Below, one piece after another: positions 54,200 to 64,000 of a DNA stretch of 64,000 bases. Under the pieces are notes generated by a model. That model made no database searches. It saw only the letters and a list, made by a program, of their open reading frames with translations, and was not told where the DNA came from. This DNA is from Octopus vulgaris (lineage: Eukaryota), in NCBI GenBank assembly GCA_951406725.2, contig OX597815.1, forward strand, positions 107,322,001 through 107,386,000, in the 5' to 3' direction. The stretch's first letter is position 1; each line of letters opens with the position of its first letter. Position numbers and translations under genes: made by a program.

Positions 54200-54828
54200 G
54201 TTGAAGGACAATAGCATGCAGTTTAATGCATATGGAACTGGAAACCATGATGTGCTTCTGAAGGACATTTGTCTTCAGCTGTTTTGGGAGCTGCTCCCAT
54301 CCATAGTCACCATACAGTGTAAAATTATACTTAGATGGATTGCTTCAAGTTCTGAAGCAATCCCGCAAAGCTAAAAGTCAGTTACAGGGAAAGGAACAAG
54401 GGTGAGAAAAACATGTAGTGATATGCTTCTGGAAAATCCTGGCTGGACTTGTACTGAACTCTGGCATTGAAAGTTACAGAAACACCCAAATGGGGTGCTA
54501 CTGTATAAATCCAAAGATCCCACTATCACCATCAAGATACAGAACCAGATACCGTTTGGGTTTCAATGGCTCACAACTCTTCAATATCCTCTCAAAAAGC
54601 CTGAGAAACCCACATGGAGTGGATGTAGGGCTCTTCAAGACAAAACTGGATCCCCTCCAGTCAAGAATTGCAGATGAACCTACCTCACAGAAGGAAGGCA
54701 GCAACATCAGATTTTCTCATTCACAAAATGTTGTATATCAGAGGAGGTTTCAAGTAATGAAAGTGTAGTAAAATTGGTGGTTGTACCCCAGCATGGTCGC
54801 AGCTCAGAGCTGAAACTAGTAGAATATA
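54200..54828 (+). mobile_element. CR1/L2-group LINE 3' remnant
   Basis: FWKILAGLV...LGFNGSQLFNILSKSLRN...FKTKLD...IADEP is a typical CR1-group ORF2 C-terminus; tail CCCCAGCATGGTCGCAGCTCAGAGCTGAAACTAG. Confidence 0.75.
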
Positions 54829-57800
54829 TTTTTTACACATATAAGTGCATTTGCCTATGTTTTGGGGAAGAAGAAATGATTAAATCCTGATGAAAAATTA
54901 AATTACACTGGATCAATTCATTCAATACTCAAGCTTTTGAAAATGTCATCATAGGCCCAAGGTTAGAGTGAGACAAAATACACATAAATGTAGGAGTCTA
55001 TACATTTATTTATTCATAAGCCATGCTATATTGGTACTGTAGTAATTATTCAAACTAATTGACTAACTTGTTATTTTGATTCTTATATCAGATTCACTTT
55101 GCTGTTACATTATGGTTTTTATGGCTGTTAGGCAAATCCTGTAAATACCAACTTGTTCATTATGAATTTCCTGTTCTTCCAGTCTATCATCAAGTCTATT
55201 CTTAAACTGGTTAGTTTTCTTTAACTCGGCAACATCTATTGGTAATTGATTCTAGTTTTTAATGTACCTCATTTGAGAAGATTTGCTGTTTTAGCTTGTT
55301 GGATTGCTTCTTAAATAATTTATATATAAATGGCTTCTTGCTGATGACTGATAGAATTCCTAGTTTTAATCTTGGTTGATGTTGACTTTTTCTGTTTCTA
55401 TCTTTCATAAATATATCCTATCTCTTCTCTTTTATATCCATGGAACATTGAGAGAAAATTTAGTACTTTCAGCTTAATCTCATATTGTAGGTTTATATAA
55501 AATTTCTATTAATATGATGGCATTTGCTGTTTGCTTTCTACATGAATTTGATAGCTGATGTAATCTCGTTCTGATATAATGTTTCCTGTTGCTATATTTG
55601 CAACATAATATCATCAAGATCATGGAAAGTATTGTAAGGGCTATTTTTGTTGATCACTGGAAAAAAATTTTTTAATGTTCCAGGAGTGATGTTAGGTTTC
55701 TTGGTTATACCAGCAGTATGTCTGTGTTTTGAACCTTCAGATATTTATATTTTCCGTTGTTACTTAATCCAAGATCAGTCCCAGTTGGATAGACCAATAA
55801 TTAAGAGCATTTTATTTGTAAGTAGTTGATCTTTTTGTACACATAGAACTACATTTTCTAATGTATCTGTCCTTATTATTGTTTATGGTGGTAGAATTTG
55901 ATTCTAGTAGAGTTTGGGCTGTTATTTCTAGCGGGTTGAGGGAACATGGAAATGCAACTCTTGTTGGTTCATTTTATTGTTTGTATTTTCAGTTCAAAAG
56001 TTACATTTGGGTTGTCAGATTCTATGATGGAATCTCATTCTTAGACATTCTTAGATATATGTAGGAGAATGAATTCATAAATAAAATGAGTTCCAATGGA
56101 GTTGATTGACCTGTCAGAAAAAAACAGCCAAATCCCTCTATACTTATACTTTACTAGCTTAAAAATAAGGCACAGTGGTACAGTGCAATTAAGCAGTTTG
56201 ATCCACAACTGATTAACATATTAACAGGACATATTTTGGTTAAAAGGACGCATTAGATACAACCTGACTACTTTGCTAAGAAACTTGCTTCACAACTAGA
56301 TGCTTTTGGGTTCAAATTCACTTCATAACACATTGGGCAAGTATCTTCTATCATAACTTTGAGTTTAATGAAGCTTTGTGATTGAAATTTGGTAGATGGA
56401 AACAATGTGAAGAAGTAGACTATACTTACTTTTGTTGGGGTAGACGTACACTCAACCCAGTTTACTGTAAGCATCCGACCCATTGGTGCTTTTAGTAGAG
56501 TCATCATCATTTAACATCTGTTTTCCATGCTGGCATGAGTTAGATGCTTTGACTGGAGTTTATAAGCAGAAAATCTGCAACAGGTTCCAGTCATCTGTTT
56601 TGGCTTGGTTTCTGTGCCCTTCTTAATGCCAACCACTTAAGAGACTGCACTGGGTGTTTTATATGTGTCACTGGCTTGGGTGCCCAAAAGAAATAAAAAA
56701 GAAGAAAGGATGCTTACAGTTACCAAGCCTTTCATCCATAGGTCTGCTTTATCGAAATGACCTGGCTACTACAAGCAACCACTGGAACTGAATTAAAAGA
56801 TAAAGTCATAATTGCAGTGAAAACGAATTGATATTTAATGATAAATGAGAAAAAGTAATTTAAAAACAGACATAAAAAATGGAAAATAAAAGACAACAAC
56901 TCTGAGGTTATTTACTCAGAGACAGCATCTGATGGCAAAACAATACACAACCTTTTAGTGTTCAAATTACTGTGTCAAATGTAATGTTTATTCATTCACA
57001 TTGTTTTGAATTAATCATGTATTATCTCATAGTTTTCATATTTCGATGATGTGATTATTTTTCTTTTAGAATGACATAGTAAAGTAGGCATTAGCAGCTA
57101 GATATGATCAGTTTCGAGCATTTAAGCCAGTTTAGATGGTAATGGGTTAAGTTTATGCTATCATGTTTAATGTAGTGAACATAAGATATTTAATAAGAAA
57201 TATTTATACATTTATAAAAGACAACATTAGATCAATGAATAAATATTATTTTAATCATTTTGGCAAGTGCAGAAGACAACACTGGACATATTTTGGTATC
57301 ATTAAACATCCTCAACAAAGCATAAACAAGACCACATTTTATGTCCCAATGTGCAGCACCGTGGGCAAGTGTCTGCTACTGGGCTAACCAATACCTTGTG
57401 AGTGAATTTGGTAGATGGAAAGTGTGTGTGTGTATCTATGTTTGTCTCCTCATCCCCACTTGAAAAATGGTGTAGGTTTGTTTATATCCCAGTAATGTAG
57501 CAGTTAAACAAAGAGATCAACAGAATAAATACCAGGCTTAAAAAATAAAAAACTGGGATCGTTCTGTTTGACTTAAACCCTTCAAGGGGTGCCCCAATAT
57601 GGCCACAGTTCAATGACTGAAACAAATAAAAGCTAAAAGGTAAAAGATAGTATATCTATAATGACATATTAACCAAACAAAGGGAGCTTTTGTCAACCAA
57701 ATTCCACTCATCCAATATTTGTTAACTGAAGGCTGTGATAGAAAATACTTGCCTAAGGTACAGCACTGTCGCATTGAACTTGGAATCATGTAGTTGCAAA

Positions 57801-58284
57801 ACAAACTACTTAACCACAGAGTTATGACTGCTTAACTACATCAATTATTCTGCAAAACTGTGCAATAGAAGTGGTAAAGTGTATTTTTTGTTGACTTCAT
57901 TGACTGGCAAGTATTGCATGCTATGATAAGGAACAAAACAGATCCTTTGGCAGAATTTAAATCCTTTGCTTTTGGCACCAGTAATCCTGAAATTTAATTA
58001 CTCAGCTACACCATTTAATTAAATAAAGAATTTATACAAAAAATGGCCTCAAAGGTACACGTAATAGGATATTAATTGAATGAAGTCATGGATTGAAATT
58101 TAAAAGAAGTGAATGATAGTAATTTCTTGTGACAAAGTCTTTTCTTGTACATAACATGTATAGGTGTTTGTCTGTCTGTATGTGTGTTTGTCTCTGTGTG
58201 TGTGTGTGTGTGTGTGTTTGTTTGTCTGTATGTGTTTTTGTGTGTGTTTGTGTGTGTGTGTGTTTGTTTGTCTGTATGTGTGTT

Positions 58285-58317
<33 letters not shown>

Positions 58318-58934
58318 TGTTTAAGATTATGCCACTTTTTAATTCATGTACTGACAATGCAGCTGAAATTCCTGAAGAAAGACACACACTTTATTGATAT
58401 TACTGGGGGTTGTAGGAGGGAGGTAAGTACCAAGATTCAATGAAGTATTGTGATAGAATATGTAGGCTATGTCAATGTCTTTTGGATGGGGTTTTGTCAA
58501 ATGTATCAAACCCTCTTGTTGGCACTTATTTCTTTCAACTTAATGGTTTCAAATTTTGGCACAAGGCCAGAAATTTTTAGAAGAGCAAGGTAACTTGATT
58601 ACATTGACCCCCAGCACTTACCTACTACTTTATTTTGATGACCCACCCAAAAGGCTGAAAAGCAAAGTTGACCAAGGTGAAATATGAATTCAAATTGTAA
58701 AGGGTTGAAGCAATTTACTCCAACATGCTAATGATTCTACCAGCTCTCCATCTTGCACAGGCATGGTTGTGTGGTAAGAAGCTTGCTTTCCAACATGGTT
58801 CTGGGTTCAGTTCCACTGTGTGGCTCCTTGGGCAAGTGTCTTCAACTATAGTCTTGGGCCAACCAAACCTTGTGAGTTGATTTGGTAGATGGAAACTGAA
58901 AGAAGCCTACTGTGTGTGTGTGTATATATATATC

Positions 58935-59205
58935 AACATCGTCGTCGTTGTCGTCATCATTTAATGTCTGCTTTCCATGCTGGCATGAGTTGGACGGTTT
59001 GACTGAGAACTGGCAAGCCAAGAGGCTACACCAGGCTCCAACCTGTTCTGGCAAGGTTTCTACAGCTGGATACCCTTCCTAATGCCAACCACTCTGAGAG
59101 TGTAAGTGTAGTGAGTGCTTTTTATGTGCCACCGGCACTGGCATTGACCACACTCGAATGGTGCATTTTACGTGCCACCAACATAGGTGCCAGTCAGGCG
59201 GCACT
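58935..59205 (-). mobile_element. RTE LINE 3' end (family C)
   Basis: Reverse complement of the family C terminal domain. Confidence 0.8.
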
Positions 59206-59451
59206 GATTGTTTATAGATGAGAGACAGATATTCACTGTAGAGAATACACTTTATAGTGCTCAAGAGATTTAAACTTGAGCAGGTAAAACTCTTATTCAA
59301 CCCCTTCAATTCCTGATATTATTTCCATTCTGTCTACATTAGATCTTATATGTAAACATCTGTACATTTTTTTGCATTAAATATCTTTAATATTTTTTAT
59401 ATATCAACTTCCCTAACTTATCTTATCCTTAGATTTACTTCTGTATATGTT

Positions 59452-59506
<55 letters not shown>

Positions 59507-59588
59507 ATAAATATTAGGGAATAAATCCAAATTTACAGGGAAAAATCAGATTTAGGATTAAATCCAATTTTATAGTAAAATATTATAT

Positions 59589-59746
59589 AATATTAATTAG
59601 AGACAAAACCACTATTTTGCAAAACAAACAAGGAAAGACTTAATCAATACATAAAATTTTAATAAAAAGACTTTTTATTAAAATTTTATGTATTGATTAA
59701 GTCTTTCCTTGTTTGTTTTGCAAAATAGTGGTTTTGTCTCTAATTA

Positions 59747-59751
<5 letters not shown>
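59589..59751. repeat. Perfect palindrome, 81-bp arms, 1-nt spacer
   Basis: AATATTAATTAGAGACAAAACC...AATAAAAAG A CTTTTTATT...GGTTTTGTCTCTAATTAATATT, between (TA)n tracts. Confidence 0.95.
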
Positions 59752-59789
<38 letters not shown>

Positions 59790-59792
<3 letters not shown>

Positions 59793-59976
59793 ATTATAAA
59801 TAAGGGCAAAAAGAAAGAAATTTCTTTGCCGACATACTGAAAAATAGACGCTAAATCGTTTAACCACATAAATATTTTCACTTGTATTACTACACCATAT
59901 GGTTAGATGATTTAGTGTCTATTTTTCAGCATATTGGTAAATAATTTTTTTTCTTTTTGCTCTTATTTATAATTGT
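59790..59976. repeat. Imperfect inverted repeat, about 77-bp arms, 33-nt spacer
   Basis: ACAATTATAAATAAG...TTTAACCA / TGGTTAGA...CTTATTTATAATTGT. Confidence 0.88.
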
Positions 59977-60111
59977 ATTTATAATTTTCACCTTAAAAAG
60001 GTATTTTTCATATGCTTACCACTGATAAAATGTTTTAATAAAATTTTGTATATATATAAGGTAGAAAATATTTTAGTGGGGAAACACATGTGGTGGATAT
60101 ATATAGAAAGG

Positions 60112-60288
60112 GAAAAGATGAAAAACACAGAAGATTTGTTTTACAGGGTTTAAGAGTATTTTGTACAAAATAAGGTTTTGTTCTTTCAACATAATTGAAG
60201 TACAAAATTGTTTAATATCTTTATTATCATGGCTCTAATATACTCTTAAATCCTGTAAAACAAATCTTCAGTGTTTTTTCATCTTTTC
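60112..60288. repeat. Inverted repeat, about 48-bp arms, 80-nt spacer
   Basis: GAAAAGATGAAAAACAC...TAAGAGTAT / ATACTCTTA...CATCTTTTC. Confidence 0.88.
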
Positions 60289-60306
60289 TATATGTATGTA
60301 TATATA

Positions 60307-60463
60307 CTTTATTTAAAGCAGCAGAAAATTCAACAAAACCTGTTACTCTGAGTTTCACGTTCCCGTTCGTCGGGCAGTTTTTGCTAGAAAAACTGTCCGA
60401 CGAACGGGAACGTGAAACTCAGAGTAACAGGTTTTGTTGAATTTTCTACTGCTTTAAATAAAG
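60307..60463. repeat. Near-perfect palindrome, 76-bp arms, 5-nt spacer, 2 mismatches
   Basis: CTTTATTTAAAGCAG...CAGTTTTT GCTAG AAAAACTG...CTGCTTTAAATAAAG; unpaired tail to about 60536, then (TA)n. Confidence 0.95.
60393..60430 (+). ncRNA. Minimal type I hammerhead, U4C core (mirror copy 60340-60377 minus)
   Basis: CTGT CCGACGA ACG GGAA CGT GAAA CTCAGAG TA ACAG; GNRA-capped stem II, palindromic stem III, GUA site. Confidence 0.78.
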
Positions 60464-61686
60464 CATATTACTCTACCACTGGTATTTGAGTACTCTTTTT
60501 TTCACCTTGTTTCACATTTATGTGTTTACTCTGGTGTATATATATATATATATATATAGATTATTATTATCATTACTATATTTATCCTACATTATGTTGG
60601 CACAGCTCAGAACAATCCTATAGAGCTGCTGCTGCAGGTTGGAATCAGTAGGAGCTTTTATATGCATACTTAAAAATGTTTCCCGTAAATGAACTTAAGT
60701 GTGTGTGTGTGTGTGTGTGTGTGTCTGTATTTGTCCTCCATCACTGCTTGACAACTGGTGTTGGTGTAACTTAGTGTTTCAGCAAAAGAGACCAATAGAA
60801 TAAGTACCAGTCTTAAAAAAAAAAAAAACGATAATTACTGGGGTAGGGAGGAATGATTTGTTTGACTAAAAATTCTTCAGGGTAGTGCCCCAGCATGGCC
60901 ACGATCTAATGACTGAAACAAGTGAAAGATAAATGATAACAAAACCAAAACCTGGTTGGATTTGAACTCAAAATGTTGATCAAGCCACTGAACTTTAGGT
61001 ATCATGAAGCATTTATCCTAGTTCTTTGGTAGTTTTGTCCATCTCTGCTACTCTCAGATATGTACGATAATGGATCAGAGATGTCTTATTAGCAGCTGCA
61101 GTGTGCTGATGGGGGAGTTGGTAGAGGATCGGTGCAGTTTGACTGATTATTATGGATATCATCTGCAAGTTTAATAGCAGCACGAGCTATGCATCAGTTG
61201 ATAATGTCTGGATAATTGAGGCTCCATTTAGATATAATGTACACATTATTACTGATGGGGAAAGTAGGAGAAGAATAAAAATAAAAAAAAAAAGCAGAAA
61301 AAGAATAAGAACAAGAAATTTAGTTTTAAAGAAGAGAGAAGAACATTCTGTAGTTGGTAGAAGAATAAGAAACAGAACGATGACACAAGACCTACGAATG
61401 AAGAACTGCTCATGGGTCGGTATAGAGTAAATCAAGAAAATGGAAAGCTAATGGATATAGCAGAATGTAAAAGAAACAAAAATAGAAAAAGAAAAAGAAA
61501 AATAACTAAGGAGAAAATATTTCTTTCTTTCTGGAGGAGGGGGGGGGGCAAAGCAAAAAAAAAACATGAAGCAAGAAAAATAAGAAAAACAAGAGAAACC
61601 TTGTCTTATTATCACTACTATTATCATTCTCATTTCTATTAGCATTGTGCGTGCAATGTCACAACCACACTGAGGAAGACAATCGT

Positions 61687-61708
61687 TACTACTACTACCA
61701 CCACCACA

Positions 61709-61776
<68 letters not shown>

Positions 61777-61895
61777 CGCTGCTGCTGCTGCTGCTTCTGC
61801 TGCTCTCTCCACCACCACCACCACCACTACCACGAAACCCACCACCACCGCCACTGCTGCCACCACCACCTGCACCACCACTACTATGATTACAA
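61687..61895. repeat. (TAC)n/(TGC)n/(CAC)n microsatellite
   Basis: Direct reading. Confidence 0.92.
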
Positions 61896-62419
61896 CTAAT
61901 TACTAATTCTTTCTATGCTTCTTTCGTAGAGCTCTTTTACTTCTTTACCATCCTTGTGATTGTTGTTGCTCTCATCTTGCTAACACCCACCACTCACACC
62001 ATATTTTAACACTGAAATCATCATTGCCTGCCATCATCATCATCAACTGCTGCCATCACATCTATCAAACATTTTGTCATCACAATCTGCAACATGTTTC
62101 AGTCCCTCCTTCTACTCAAAACTCATCATCACTACCATCATCCATTCAATGAATGAGTTTCTCTATTGTTATTCAAGTGCAAGCTAGAGACAGCAGATAA
62201 ATCTCCCTCAAATTATACACTACTTTCATTAAAAAAAAAAAAAAAAAATGAATGTAAAAACATTTGGATAATGTAATCAACAAACTAAAAAAACAGACGT
62301 TGGTGAGGTCATGACTGGAATATCTGTCATCATATATTTTGCTGAGTCAAACACTGACCTTGGATTATACAACAACAATCACCATATGCAGTTTTCCAGT
62401 CTTCTGTTTTCTCATGCTT

Positions 62420-62822
62420 GACATCATTGTCATCATCATCATCATTCATCGTAATAGTCGTTGTTGTCATTGTCATCATTGTCGTCATAATCATCATCGT
62501 CATCGTCGTTATTGTCATTGTTGTCATCATCATCATCATCATCATCATTTTGTCATTGCTGTCATCATTATCGATATCATCATCATCATCATTGTCATTG
62601 TTATCATCATCATCATCATGTCATTGTCGTTGTCATCATCATCATCATCTTCATCGACGTCGTTGCCATCATCATCATTATCGATATCACCATCACCATC
62701 ATCATCATCATCATCATAGTCATTGTCATTGTTGTCGTCGTCATTGTCGTCATCGGCGTCGCTGTCATCGTCATCATCATCATCATCATTTTGTCATTGT
62801 CATCATCATCACCATCACTGTT
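62420..62822. repeat. Degenerate (CAT/CGT/TGT)n tract
   Basis: Direct reading; interrupts a family D repeat. Confidence 0.92.
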
Positions 62823-64000
62823 GTTATAGTAGTCGAAATAGTAGTCAAATTACCTTTAAATCACATTTGACCATCTTAAAAACAATGTTACCTGAAGTTA
62901 CACTGGATAATCTAGTGTAAGGTACACAGTGTCTGAAATAAAAATGAAGGGGTGGTCACTGCTGGAATTCTTTTCATCATGGATTTCCTAACCATAGCTA
63001 AACTCTGCTTAAACAATATCAACAGCAATATTGATTACCAGTGCAACAATACTAACTAGACTACTCACTTGTATACCATGTTCCATAAACCATTACAGTT
63101 ACAAGAATTAAGGTACCATGTTTTGAATTTCCAGGACTAAAATCTTCACTTAGCTTGTTGCTATTAGGTACTGGTGGTGGTGGTGGTGGTGGTGGTGGTG
63201 ACAGTGGTAATAATGTGGATAATGATGATGAGGATGGTGGTCATGGTAGTGGTGGTGGTGGTCATGCTGGTAGTTGTGGCCTTTGCCTTTCCTCTTACTG
63301 CACTGAAGACCACTTTCATCATCACCTTTATCATCAGACTATGGCTGTCACTATTCTACTCCTCCTCCTCCTCCTCTTCATCATCATGATGTTCGCATTA
63401 GTTTTGATGCTTGGATAGATTAGGTAGGTTTCAAAGAGTTTCACCTTTTGTCATCTGCCACACAGGACAACCGAGAAAATTGGCATGTTTGTGATTTGTT
63501 AACATATATGCACACACACAAACACACACACACACTTGCATGTGCACATGCACACATATATACACACACATACACTCACATGCATAAATACGTCTATGTG
63601 TATATGTGTCCATTTCTGCATCCTCAGACTCACTGACAAACGCATTCAAACTCACTAATTAAAATATTTCATTGCTTATGCTGTGTTAACATAAAACCTG
63701 TAATTTATCAGACTGACAAATAGAAATTGATAAAGTAAGAACCAGACTAAAATAGATATTGAATTAATGTGACAGACAAAGCCTTCAAGAAGAATGCCTT
63801 AACATGACTACAATCGAATGACAAAAACAGCAACAGACCAAATTTTACTTTTCAGCTGGCAGAAATGTTTGCGCGCCAGGCTTTACAGTATTTCGTCTGT
63901 TGCTATGCTCTGAGTTCAAATTCCACCGAGGTCAACTTTGCCTTTCATCCTTTCGGGGTCGATAAATAAAGTTTCGCCCTGGAGTCGATGTAATCAACTT

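Noticed and set aside
54887-54950. CTGATGA...GAAAATGTC
   Set aside because: No adjacent stem I and only A/T-run stem II pairing; compatible with chance.
55140-55740. Possible ancient PLE GIY-YIG remnant on the minus strand
   Set aside because: Only a vague resemblance across many frameshifts; needs a translated HMM search.

Overview
Eukaryotic, AT-rich, repeat-saturated DNA with no supportable host protein-coding exon. The repeat repertoire strongly suggests an octopus-like cephalopod intron or intergenic region (inference). Almost all ORF-track entries are microsatellite translations. Real content: tRNA-derived SINEs (including a MetaSINE-type family), 5'-truncated RTE, CR1/L2-like and R4/Dong-like LINE remnants, Tc1/mariner remnants (DD34D, DD37D, Tc1), hAT/piggyBac/pogo MITEs, a full-length 5S rRNA pseudogene, and a Penelope-like element (PLE) ORF fragment split by a solo LTR. 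The main signal is seven loci (ten copies) carrying type I hammerhead-ribozyme folds from apparently different families. Most sit in or beside (TA)n tracts. Three lie inside long inverted duplications that place a ribozyme on both strands. Several have non-canonical cores (G3-C8 swap; U4C in two unrelated families). A train of four different palindromes lies at 59.5-60.55 kb. All coordinates and folds were read by eye; no activity is demonstrated.
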